A stretch of DNA of 64,000 bases from contig JBHGNT010000003.1 in assembly GCA_043228905.1 (NCBI GenBank), positions 15,252,001 to 15,316,000 of the forward strand. Reading direction: 5' to 3'. The DNA is from Azolla caroliniana (taxonomy: Eukaryota; Plantae; Polypodiophyta). Positions 36,743-49,322 of the stretch are shown piece by piece. A model generated the notes under the pieces. That model saw nothing but the letters and a program-made list of their open reading frames with translations. It was not told the DNA's origin and ran no database searches. The position numbers and the translations under genes are program-made. The stretch's first letter is position 1; every line of letters starts with the position of its first letter.

Positions 36743-37020
36743 TGATTATATGTTTCATTCATTCCCCATAAGGGGTTAAATAGAACAAGAGGGGGTAGAT
36801 ACAGAGGGGTGTAAGCCCCCTCGAGCATTCATACTGGACACTCACTCACACTTTCTCGTATTCATCCACATGCACACACGTGTGCATGTGTTCACATACG
36901 TATAGACTCACAATTACATTTATGCCCCCTACACATACACAACAACATCATGATAACATTCGACGCTTGCGCATCACACTTTACTCTCGAGACATCTCGT
37001 ACGGGGTAACAATCAATACA
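34240..37020 (-). mobile_element. 5' LTR (36496-37020), PBS and long compositionally skewed leader; copy B of 1-1100
   Basis: Collinear with 1-1100. CT-rich low-complexity sequence at 34560-34900. No recognisable protein. The left boundary is approximate. Confidence 0.55.
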
Positions 37021-38374
37021 GGTCACATCTCATCATATAATGTATCGTCCGATTGCACTCCTGGGTATTGCCACCCATAAGCGGACGATTTTCTTTGCAA
37101 CCCAAGTACAGGCGACGAAACCGGCCCTCGTTTTCGACATTCATGTCGATGAATATTTCCAACATGAGGATGTCGTTGTAGTCTAGTGGTGAGTATTCCT
37201 ACTTGTCACGCGGGTCACCTGGGTTCGATCACCGGCAACGACGCGAAGGGCATTGCCGCCTAGGATCCGGCACCGCCATATCCTCTATGCTTTCCTCGTT
37301 TCCCTCGATCCTCTACCGCTTTCGACCCCTTGGGGCCTACAGTCGGTTGTCCCAGGTTGTCACACGGGTGACCCAGGTTCGATCCTCGGCAACGGGGCGA
37401 ATCCCGTCATCTCCTAGGACATTGCCCCCTCAGATCCCGCACCGCCATATCCTTAATGCTTTCCTCGTTCCCTCGAATCTTGTACCCCTTTCGAGCCCTT
37501 GGGGGGTACAATCGGTCGTTCGCGAGGAAAGGCACATGTCGTCATATAATCTCTCGTCCGAGAGCAGTACTAGGTATTGTCGCCCATAAACAGACGAATT
37601 TTGTTGCAAGCCCTATACTGCCGAAGAAGCTGGGCCTCGTTTTCGAAATTCGAGTCAATACGATCGATACTTCCAATACTAGGATGTCGTTGTAGTATAT
37701 TGGTGAGTATTCCCGCCTGTCACGCCAATGACCCGGGTTCGATCCCCGGCAAAGGCGCAAAGGGCGGGGTGAATCTGATGTCATCCCACACCGCCATATC
37801 CTCCATGGTTTCCTTGTCCCTCGGACTCATCTACCCCTTACGAGCCCATGGGGAAGGGCGCATATCATCATATGATCTCTCCCGTCCGAATTCAGTTCTA
37901 GGTATTGCTGCCCATAAGCGGACGAATTTCGCTGCACTTCTAGGTATTGTCGCCCATAAGCAGACGAATTTCACTGCAAGCCGTATACTTGCGACAAAAA
38001 CGGTCTCATATTCGACATTTCGTCAATCGATACGGTGAACACGAGTATATCGTTGTAGTATAGTGGTGAGTATTCCTCCTTATCATGGAGGTGACCCGGG
38101 TTCGATCCTTGGCAACAACGCGAAGGCGAATCTGATGTCATCGGCTAGGGCGTTGTAGCCTAGGTACCCGCACTACCATATCCTCAATGCTTTTCTCCTT
38201 CCCCTGGATTCTCTACCGCATTCCAGGCATTGGGGGGTACAGTCGGTCGTTCCCTAGGTAGGGCGCATGTCATCATAAAACCTCTCGTGCGACTGCACTA
38301 CTGGGTATTGTGGCTAATAAGCGGACGAATTTCGTTGCAACCCCTGTACTACCGACGAAGCCTGGCCTCGTTTT
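37021..38374 (+). repeat. tRNA-Asp-containing satellite, block 4 (paralog of block 1)
   Basis: tRNA starts at 37172, 37687 and ~38048, plus a partial copy at ~37350. Shares diagnostic variants with 1101-2710, such as the duplicated CTGCACTTCTAGGTATTG segment. Confidence 0.93.
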
Positions 38375-41205
38375 ATAAAGGACTACACGCTCTCAAAAAA
38401 CAACGCTCAGCCACAACCGAGTCTAGGATAAAAAAAAACACACAGAAAATGAGTTGCTCATCAGCATTGTTCTTCTCACTTCCCATCCGGAGGGAACTGT
38501 TTGCTAACAAACTCCCCCTTCACTCTGGCATGGGATGTCATACCAGTCTGATCCGCTTCCGACATGCATCCGAGCTTGTCGGGTATCAGTACTTTGGTCA
38601 ACATATCTGACCCGTTCTCGGCCATGTGGATCTTCGTCAACGCGAACTCTCGATCTTCTACTCGCTCTCGGATCCAGTGATACCTACGCTAGATGTGCTT
38701 CGTCCTGGAATGATACGCTGCGTTCTTAGCAAGGTGGATGGCACTTTGACTATCACAATAGAGCCGGTATTAATCTTGCCAGATACCGAGCTCTCTGATG
38801 AAGTCCTTCATCCATAATATTTCCTTGCCGGCTTCCACAACCGCCATGTACTCCACCTGCGTGGTTGACAACGCAACTGTCTTCTACAGCCTTGACTGCC
38901 ACGAAACAGCTCCCCCTGCATATGTCATTACATACCCGAATGTAGACCGGCTGGTACCCACATCAGCCAACATGTCCGAATTGGTAAAACCATCAAGTTG
39001 AGGTTTACCGGAGCCGAATCAGAGACACATATTCGAAGTACCCTTCAGGTACCGGAGTATCCAATTGACCGCGTTCAAGTGCTCCTTGCCAGGATTGCTC
39101 ATAAACCGGCTCACCACTCCGACTGGGTATCCAATATCCGGTCGAGTACACACCATTGCGTACATCAAGCTCCCGACGGTAGAGGCATATGGAACCTTCA
39201 TCATATCAGCCTTCTCTGCTTTCCTCTTCGAGCTTTGCTTACCGGATAGTCTGCAGTTTGTCGGGAGTGTCGATCCAACCGGTTTTGCTTCTAACATGTT
39301 GAACCGTTGAAGCACCTTTGTCACGTATTTCTCCTGTGACAACCACAATTGCTTCGTTGGCCAGTCCCGGATGATATGCATCCCGAGCATCTGTCTTGCC
39401 GGACCCAAGTCTTTCATTGCGAAAGTTCGGTTGAGAGCCTTCTTCAGCATCCGTATTTTGGCTTGGTACCGTCCGACGATCAACATGTCATCCACGTACA
39501 GAAGGAGTATCAGGAAGTCGCCTCCTTCGAACTTCTTCACAAACACGCAGTGATTGGCCTGCGTCTTGTGGTACACCTTATTGGTCATGAAGGAGTCGAA
39601 CTTCCAGTACCATTGTTGGGGCACCTGCTTCAGTCAGTACAGGCTCTTCGGTCTTTACCGTTCCGATCCGGTGTCCGCTTCGGATCGGTACCATCGGTTT
39701 TGTTGTCTTTTCAGAAGTGCCGTCAGTTGTGTTGGAAGTGTCCCGGCTTGCCGCAATAGAACCAGGTAGGCCTCCCCCTTGACTTTGACCGTGTCCCCGA
39801 CTTCTCCCGGTTCTGGGGACTACGGTTCCTTTGTCTTCCGCGTTCGGATTCGGTAATGAGCGCTTTGGAGTCGGAGTTCGTATCCTTGTCTTTCTGACGC
39901 ACCTCCTCATCTAGCAAGCTTGACTTCACTCTTGCTAGGGATAACCGTTTCCCTTCCAGCCCAGTGTTGCCCAAAGTGACAACCAACGTCTCCCAGCTAT
40001 TTGGGAGGGAACCGAGCAGGAGTAGTGCTAGTACCTCATCGGCGAGAGGTACTTCCATTGATGTTGCCTGGTGGATCAGCCCGTGGAAGGCATTCATGTG
40101 CTCCGCCATGCTGGAGCCATCTTGGTATCGGAGTCTTACTAGCTTCCGAAATACCGAAACCTGATTAACAACATTTTTGTTCTAAAACATAATGTCGATC
40201 TTCTTCCAGAGCTCATGAGCCTTGCTCTCTTCATTGAAGTTGTTGTATAGACTCATGTCGATGAAGCACCGTATGTACGCCGTTTTCTTCATGTGCATCA
40301 CCTCCCATATCATGGCGTCGATTTTGTCCGGTCTCTTGTCCCTGAACTAAACCGGCAACCAAAGATCTATAACCACGAGCATGTCCCTCATCTTCGACTT
40401 CCACACCGAATAGTTGGAGCCGGTGAGCTTGAACATGCCTCCCAACGAATCGTCCATTTTTCTGTGTCGTTTCGCTCTGATACCACTTTGAATGGACTAC
40501 GCGATCCCGAAAAACAATGCTCGGCCACAACCGAGTCTAGGATAATAATAAAAACACACAGAAAATGGGTAAGGTACGCACGACATAGTGAAGAGAAGAG
40601 TACACAGGATGTTAATGTGGAAAACCCAAACTAGGGAAAAACCACGGCAGCCCGCAGACTGCAAACTATCACTATATCACAATGTACAATAGTAAAGCAC
40701 TGAGGCAACGACCTTGAGCTTGCTATCTTCGCCACAGGCGGCGGTTACAACAGAGGCAATGACCTCTTCCTCTCTCTCTCTCTCTCTGTACACAGTTACG
40801 CACTCAAATCTTGCACCAACAAGAATGACCACTCTTGTCTCCTCTAAGTTTGCCCTAAGTCATATTTATACTAAAATGACTTTTCGGCTATTTGCAAATA
40901 TAGCCACGATGGACTCTCAGAAACATATTTACGAATATGTCCCTTCATCCGGTGAGCACTTCTCACTGAGCCTTCACCATCCGGCTCTCACTGGGCCTTC
41001 CTTGCCGAGTACTTGTCATCCGGTTCTCACCGGGTCTTCCGTTGCCGGGTACTTGTCATCTGGTTCTCACCGGGTCTTCCGTTGCCGGGTACTTGTCATC
41101 CGGTTCTCACCGAATCTTCTGTTGTCGGGCACTGCACATCCCGATTTGGCCGAGGCCGAGCACTGTTCTTCTCACTTCCCATCCGGAGGGACCTGTTTCC
41201 TAACA
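38375..41205 (-). mobile_element. Ty1/copia element, copy B, with a ~2.06-kb internal deletion
   Basis: Same insertion site and TSD (GTTTT) as copy A. LTRs at 38375-38509 and 40489-41205. gag is joined to mid-RT at ~39649, removing the equivalent of ~3986-6046. Confidence 0.92.
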
Positions 41206-44200
41206 GTTTTCGACATTCAGGTCCATGCTCGGAAGGAGTTGTACGATCGATACTTTCGACACTACAATGTTGTTCCAATATAGTGGTGAGCATTCCCGCC
41301 TATCACGCCGGCGACACGGACCTGTTTCCTAACAGTTTTCGACATTCAGGTCCATGCTCGGAAGGAGTTGTACGATCGATACTTTCGACACTACAATGTT
41401 GTTCCAGTATAGTGGTGAGCATTCCCGCCTATCACGCCGGCGACACGGCTTCGATCCGCCGCAATGGCGTGAAGGGCGAGGTGAATCCGATGTTAGCTAC
41501 TAGGGAATTGCCGCCTAGCATCCCGCACCACCATATCTTCAATGTTTTCCTCGTTCCCCCGAATCTTGTACCCCTTCCGAGCCCCTGGGGGGTACAATCC
41601 ATCGTCCTCCTAGGGTATTCCTGCCTCGGATCATGCACCACTTTACCCTCAATGCTTTCGTCTACCCATTTCAACCCATGGGGGGTACAATCGGTCATCT
41701 GCGAGGAAGGCCGCATGTCATCATATGATCTCTCTCGTTTGGCTCTTCTCCTGGGTGTTGTCGCCCAAGAGCATATAAATTTCGTTGTAACCCGTGTATT
41801 GACGATGAAGCCAAGCCTCGTTCTCGACATTAGGGTCAATGTTCCAAACAAATTGTACGATCGATACTTCCAACACTAGGATGTTGTTGTAGTATAGTTG
41901 TGAGTATTCTTGCCTGTCATGCGGGTGACCCGGGTTCGATCCCCGGCAATGGCACGAAGGGCGGGATGAAGCCGATGTCATCTCCTAGGGCATTGCTGCC
42001 TAGGATCCTCCACCGCAATATCCTCCATGGTTTCCTAGTTCCCCCGAATCATCTACCCCTTACGAGCCCATGGGGGGTACAATCGGTTGTCCGCAAGGCA
42101 GGGCGCATGTCATGATATGATCTCTATCGTCCAGCTGCACTTCTAGGTATTGCCACCCATGAGAAGATGAAATTAGCTGGAACATGTGTACTGGCGACAA
42201 AAATGGGCCACCTATTGGAAATTTGTGTCCATCCCTAGCAACAGCGCGAAGGCGAATATGATGTCATTTACTACAACATTGCCGCCTAAATTCCCGCACC
42301 ACCAAATCTTCAATGCTTTCCTCGTTCCCCCAAATGGTCTACCGCTTTCGAGCCCTTGGGGGGTACAATCGGTCTTCCACGAGGCAGGGCGCATGCCATC
42401 ATATGATCTCTCTCGTCACACTACACTCCTGGGTATTGCCGCCCATGAGCGTATGAATTTCGTTCCAACCCGTGTACTGCCAATGAAGCTAGGGCTCGTT
42501 TTCGAAATTCGGGTTCATGTCTCCGAACGAGTTGTACGATCGATACTTCCAATAGGAGGATGCCGTTGTAGTATAGTGGTGGGTATTTCTGCCTGTCACG
42601 CGGGTGACCTATGTTCAATCCCCGGCAAAGGAGTGAAGGTCGGGCCGAAGCCAATGTCATCTCCTAGGCCATTGACACGTAGGATCCCCCACCACCATAT
42701 CCTCAATGCTTTCCTCGTTCCCTGAATCCTATATCCCTCTCGACCCCATGGGGGGTACAATCGGTCGTCCGCGACGTAGGGCACATGTCATCATAAAATC
42801 TCTCATCCGACTACACTACTAGGTATTGTCGCCCATAAACGAATGAATTTAGTTGCAACCCCTATACTACATATGAAGCCGGGCCTCGTTTTTGACATTC
42901 GGGGGGTATAATTGGTCATCCGCGATGTAGGGCACATGTCATCATAAAAGCTCTTGTACGACTGCACTACTGGGTATTGTCGCCGATAAACCGAAAAATT
43001 TCATTGCAACCACCCTTGTACTGCCGACGAAGCCGGGCCTTGTTTTCGACATTCGGATACGTGCTCCGAACGAGTTTTACGATCGATACTTCCGAAATGA
43101 GGATGTGGTTGTAGTATAGTGATGGCTATTCTCGCATGTCACGCGGTTGACAAGGGTTCGTTCCCAGGCAACGGCGCGAAGGGCGGGGTGAATCTGATAT
43201 CATCTCCTAGGGCATTGCCGCCTCGTATCCTGCACCGCCATATCCTCTATGCTTTTCTCGTTTCCATGGATCCTCTACCGCTTTCGAGCTCCTGGGGGGT
43301 ACAATCGGTCGTCCCAAAGGCAGGGCACATCATCATATGTTGTCTTGTCCGACTGTATTTCCGGGAATTATAGCACATAAGAAGACGAATTTCGTTGCAA
43401 CCCTTCTACTTTCAACAAAGTCGGGCCTCGTTTTCGACATTCGGATCCATACTCCGAATGAGTTGTACGATTGATATTTGTAACACAAGAATGTTGTTGT
43501 AGTATAATGGTGAGTATTCCCACTTGTCACACGGGTGACCCGGGTTCGATCGCTGACAATGGCGCGATGTGAGGGGCGAGTCTGATGTCATCTCCTAGGG
43601 GATTAACGCTTAGGATACCGCACCGCCATATCCTCAATACTTTCCTCGTTCTTCCGAATCTTGTACCCCTTTCAAGCCCTTGGGGGGTACAATCAGTCGT
43701 CCGCGAGACCGGCCACATGTCATCATAAAATCTCTCGTCCGAAAGTACTACTGGGTATTGTCGCCCATAAGTAGACGATTTTCGTTGCAACTCCTGTACT
43801 GCCGACGAAGCCGAGCCTCATTTTAGACATTTGACTCCATGCTCCGAACGAGTTCTAGGATCGATACTTCCAACATGAGGATGTGGTTGTAGTATAGTGG
43901 TGAGTATTTTGGCTTGTCACGTGGTTGACAGGGCTTCGATACCCAGCAACGGCGTGGAGGGCGGGGCGACATTCGGGTCCATGCTCCGAATGAGTTGTAC
44001 GATCGATACTTCCAACACGAGGATGTGGTTGTAGTATAGTAGTGAGTATTCTCGCTTGTCAAGCTGTTGACAGTGGTTTGATCCCCGGCAACGGGGTGAA
44101 GGGCATGGTGAATCCGATTTTATCTCTTACGGCATTGCCGCCTAGGATCTCGCACCGCCATATCTTGAATGCTTTCCTCGTTCCCCTGCATCCTGTACCA

Positions 44201-45741
44201 TTTTTGACCCCTTTGGGGCTACAATCAATTGTCCGCGAGGTAGGGCGCATATCATCATAAAACCTCTCGTCCGACTGCACTAATGGGTATTGTCGCTCAT
44301 AAGCGAACGAAATTCGTTGCAACTCCAAGACTGTCAACGAAGGTGGCCCAGTTGTCCGCGAGGTAGGTCGCATATCATCATACAACTTCTTGTCCAACTA
44401 CAATACTGGGTATTGTCCTCCATGTGCAGACGAATTTCCTTGCACCCCATGTATTGCTGACGAAGTCGGGCCTCGTTTTCGACATTCAGGTACATGCTCC
44501 GAACGAGTTGTACGATCGATACTTCCAAGACTACAATTTCATTGTAGTAAAGTGGTGAGTATTCCCGCCTATCGCACAGGCGACACGGCTTCGATCCCCA
44601 GGAACGTCGTGACGAGCTAAGCGAATCCGAGGTCATCTCCTAGGGCAATACTGCCTAGCATCCCGCACCGCCATATCCTCAATGCTTTACTTGTTCCCCT
44701 GAATCCTCTACCCCTTTCCAGGCCTGGAGGGGTACAATTCGTCGTCCGCGAGGCAAGGCGCATGTTATCATAAAATCTCTCATCTAACTGCACTACTGGG
44801 TATTGTCGCCCATAAACAGAAAAATTTTGTTGCAACCCCTGTACTACCAACGAAGTCGGGCCTCGTTTTTGACATTCGGGTCCATGCTCCGAACGAGTTG
44901 TACGATCGATACTTCCAAACACGAGGATGTCGTTGTACTATATTGGTGACTATTCTCATCCGTCATGCTGGTGACATGGGTTCGATCCCCGGTAATAGTA
45001 CGAAGGGCGGGGCGAATCCGATGTTATTTCGTAGGGCATTGCCGCCTAGAATCCCGCACTTTCACATCCTCAATTCTTTCCTCGTTCCCTTGGATCCTCT
45101 ACCTCTATCAAGCCCTTGGGGGGTACAGTCAGTCGTCCGCAAGGGAGAGCGCATGTCATCATATGATCTCTCGTCCGATTGCAATCCTGGGTATTGCCGC
45201 CCATAAGCGGACCCATTTCATTGCAACCCTTGTACTGCCGATGAAGTCGGGCCTCGTTTTCGACATTCGGGTGCATGTTGCGAACCAATTGTACGATCGA
45301 TAATTCCAACACGAGGATGTCGTTGTGGTATAGTGGTGACTATTCCTCCTATCACGCGGCCCGGTAACGGCGCAAAGGGCATGGCGAATCCGATGTCATC
45401 TCCTAGGGCATGGCCACCTAGGATCCTGCACTGACATATCCTCAATTCTTTCCTCGTTACGCTGGATCCTCTACCACTTTCAAACTCTTGCGGGGTACAG
45501 TTGGTCGTCCGCGAGGAAGGGCACATGTCATCATATGATCTCTTGTCTGAGTGCATTGTTGGGTATTGCCGCCCATAAGCGGATGAATTTCGTTGCAACC
45601 TGTGTACTACTTACGAAGCCGGGCATCCTTTTCGAAATTCCGGTCCATGCTCCGAACGAGTTGTACGATCATTAGTTCCAACACGAGGATGTCGTTGTCG
45701 TATAGTTGTGAGTATTCCCACTTGTCACGTAGGTAACCCGG
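41206..45741 (+). repeat. tRNA-Asp-containing satellite, block 5 (~13 copies; shorter paralog of block 2)
   Basis: tRNA starts at e.g. 41398, 41883, 42563, 43105, 43883, 44025, 44929, 45319, 45691. A 130-bp tandem duplication lies at 41189-41448. Confidence 0.94.
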
Positions 45742-45870
45742 TGTCGCGTTATTACGCGCGTGCGTGTAGAAGTGGTGGGACCACGGGGGTCTTGAACGAG
45801 GGAGAAGTGGGATGCCAAGAAGACCGACACCGGACACGACCCGGATGCAACTGAACACGAGAGAGAGCGA

Positions 45871-45904
<34 letters not shown>

Positions 45905-46614
45905 CAAAGGAGAGGGAGAGTGTGCGCGCCACCCCGACTCTTATGCACAAGAAGCAAGGGGGTTGTGCTTCTGACACCACCAAATATACCAACTTGCACA
46001 AATAGATACAAGTATGTATATTACAAGGAAAAGAATACATCCCCTGCTTCGAGCCGGACCAAGGTAGGGCAAGTTACAACAACAGTCTGCCGCCAAGCCG
46101 CCGAGCGGGGTCTTGCAAAAGAGACTTAACAGAAGCAAACCCTAACAGACACGAACACTCAACCCAGACAACTCAGAAGAAGAAGAAGAAGAAACTACCT
46201 AACCCTCAATCTAATGGTATACCCTCTAACACAAAATGGGCAACCCCTCTACAAGGGACCATCCCTTCCTTTTATAGAACAGGGAAAGGGATGCGTTACA
46301 ATGTCAGATAAATCCCGACTTACATGGGATTCTCTGTCTTGACTTGAATCTTACTATTCACACGTTTACGCAAGGGTGAGTACACATGATGCACTCCGCC
46401 GATTCTCCCGATATTCTCTGATTCTGCCTAGAGATGGTTTTCTCCACGACATCCGTCCCCACCTAATCACGCATCCACCGGTATGCGCCAAACTAGACTC
46501 TTGCCGGAGAAGATCGGCCCGCGCTTAGCCTTCGTCCTCTGGATCGCCATTCGCTCTGAACTGGTCGTCCTCGCTATCCAAGTCGCCCAGGTCTGGTTCA
46601 TCCTCGTGCCGCTT
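45742..46614 (-). mobile_element. 3' LTR (45742-46451), PPT and integrase tail; copy B of 15500-16356
   Basis: Collinear, with the same junction inside a tRNA-Asp copy. Confidence 0.8.
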
Positions 46615-46899
46615 GCCTCTCCGTAGGCTCATTCGACCCGTCAATAGGTCGTTCACCGCAACCCCGTAGCACGCATGGCCCATTGTTGTCCCTTCACTCA
46701 GCCGTATGCATGCTCCGCTCTCCGTCGTACATCTAGAGTTCTACGCTTGAGGAACACCCGTCGTGGCCCGCTTGCCCAAGTCAATCGTCCGCATGATCCC
46801 GGTTGCCGTCCCGTGGGGTCGCCCTTCGTCTTCGTCCCCTCGCCGCCTCCTTCCTTCTCCTTGGCCTTACATTGCCACATTGGCTCGGTATTAGAGACA

Positions 46900-48118
46900 T
46901 GTACTAAAGTAAGCATTAGATAAGGATAGATCTAGGTAAATAGAAAGAAAGGAGAGAGAAAGAAGGGTGCCGATCGACTCGACCACCCCCGAGCGAAGAG
47001 ATCGAGACGGACTCGAGCCTCGATCGGCGTCCCATACCACCTCTGTGGCGTCGAGTCATACCTGGTGGTGGCACGCTCGCTACAAGAGTTGACCCACCAC
47101 AAGACAGAGTCTCGACATAGTCAACAAGATGATGAAATGAGGGTAGCTAGGCCTCTATTTATAGTAATACCGAAGGCCCCCAGCCATGTTCACACTTGGC
47201 CTAATGGGTTGTCTCAATCCCGAGGAAAAAGTAATCCTCCCCTTCCTTACACTCTCGTTTTACCCTCACACTTATCCACGTGTATAGAATACTACGGTAA
47301 ATTCTCACCACGGGATATTATATGGTCATGCCCGTAACATACTCCCCCCCTCTTTAAAACATTGCACTCTTGCAATGGAAAGTTAGGGATGTTCGTTCTG
47401 AGAGTATTAACCAGTTTTCCCCTTCTAGACCCGATTTTTGGTTTTGGGTTCTAGCATGGTGGACATAGTCTTCTAGCGAGGAAAATTTCCGACTAGAGAG
47501 GTTCATTAAAGCTTGTGTTGCCTCGGTTCAAGAGGGAGGGTGCAGAAATTGGCCCTTGAAAACTGTGACAAAATCTGTCCAGGTATCGGGCAATTTCCCC
47601 AAAGTACGGAGCCCATGCCACCAGGCGGCGGCCTTACCCCCTAGTTCTCGGCTGACATATGCAATCTTCGTACTATCTGGCGTGGGACAGAGCTCAAAAT
47701 GAGACTCCCATCGGCCCAGCCACGTGCAGATTGCTTCTTCGGTTCTTTTCTTTTTGTCTCCCGTAAATGGCTTAACGACAAACAATGGTTCACCCTATCG
47801 ATCATCAGGTCTATTAGTCTCACGTTGTAGACTAATGACACGTGCCTCGAGAGCACTTTGAGATTGCCGAAGTTCGGTCATCTCTTGAGCGGTGAAACTA
47901 AGGTATTGGGTTATTTGCAAAAAATACATCTCAATGGACATTTGTCTAGGAGGATTCCCTTGAGTTCCTTCCGCTTGAGCGGATAACATCAGGTCGGTAT
48001 TGTGAGCCATTAAATGATTATTTCTAGAATAGAAATAGGATAAGGTCAGAGAGAGAGTCATAACATCATGTCGTGATGTAAACATATCATGGGTGAACAT
48101 TAATCGATATCATTATCT
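46900..48118 (-). mobile_element. gag-only LTR element remnant; copy B
   Basis: Nearly identical to 16642-17860 (offset 30258); the ORF translations are identical. Confidence 0.6.
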
Positions 48119-48593
48119 CATGTCAATACCCCTCTAGACATATGAGATGAGGTTCAAGATCAGGTTACTACGATAACACAAAGGTGTTTTAAAAACCATG
48201 GGGGTACCAAATAAATGTCTTTCCCTGATCTCTATATCGATTTTTTTCATGGTGGCTCCGGCTCAACCATGTCTGTTCGCGTCATGAATAGTTTATACAC
48301 GAAAAAAAGGTTAACAATAAACTATGTTTCTATGCCCACATATGTAGTTTCGGCTCTTTAAGTCCTATTACGAGGACCCCGAAGTGCACTTAGACCTCAA
48401 GTCTAAACATGTGTTATAGTCATATGTATCAATGATGTTGTATGGTCTTGGTCATATTTGATCTCGAGACCTCGAGAACAAATGCATTAAACACTTGATC
48501 CAACCAAGTAGGTTGCTCTTCTTGAATGTTTAATGTTCCATGCGTATAAGAGATATGCGAGGCATTTGCCCATATATGTTGTTATAAGAGAAA

Positions 48594-49322
48594 TGTTGGG
48601 AGATAGGTCCGTCCGGATGGTGCAGACCTGGTGAAGACCGGATGAGGAGTACCCGGTTACGGAGATCCGGATGGTGCAGACCCGGTGAAGACCGGATGAG
48701 GAGTACCCGGCTACGGAGAGCCGGATGGTGCAGACCCGGTGAAAACCGGATGAGGAGTACCCGGTTACGGAGAGCTAGATGGTGCAGACCTGGTGAAGAC
48801 CTGATGAGGAGTACCCGGCTACGGAGAGTCGGATGGTGCAGACCCGGTGAAGAAGTGCTCACCGGATGAAGAGACATATTCGTAAATATGTTTCTGAGAG
48901 CCCATCATGGCTATATTTGTAAATAGAAGAAAAGTCATATTAGTATAAATATGACTTAGGGCAAACTTTTAGTTGGTTTGTTGTCATATTCTTGTTGGTG
49001 CAAGAAAAGAGAGAGTGTGTAACTGTACAGAGAGTGAGAGAGAGAAAGAGGTCGTTGCCTCTGTTGTAACCGCCGCCTGTGGCGAAGATCTGTGAGCATG
49101 AGGTCATTGCCTCAGTGAACTCACTGTTGTACATTCTTACATAGTGACAGTTTGCAGCCTGTGGGCTGCCGTGGTTTTTTCCCCTAGTTTGGGGTTTTCC
49201 ACGTAAACCTCCTGTGTACCCTCCTCTTCTTTGTGTCGTGTTTTATTTCCCGTTTTCTGTGTATGATTATAAACTCGGTTGTGGCCGAGAGTTGTGGAGA
49301 AGGAGCGTTGCAGTTCCCATCA
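48594..49322 (+). mobile_element. Solo copia LTR with 54-bp repeats; copy B
   Basis: TSD AGAAA; nearly identical to 18336-19064. Confidence 0.9.

Noticed and set aside
1283-45600. Many similar short ORFs (SIPACHAGDPGSIPGN..., SSPWGVQSVVR...) suggesting a peptide gene family
   Set aside because: They are translations of the tRNA and its tail. Stops, starts and frames vary freely between copies.
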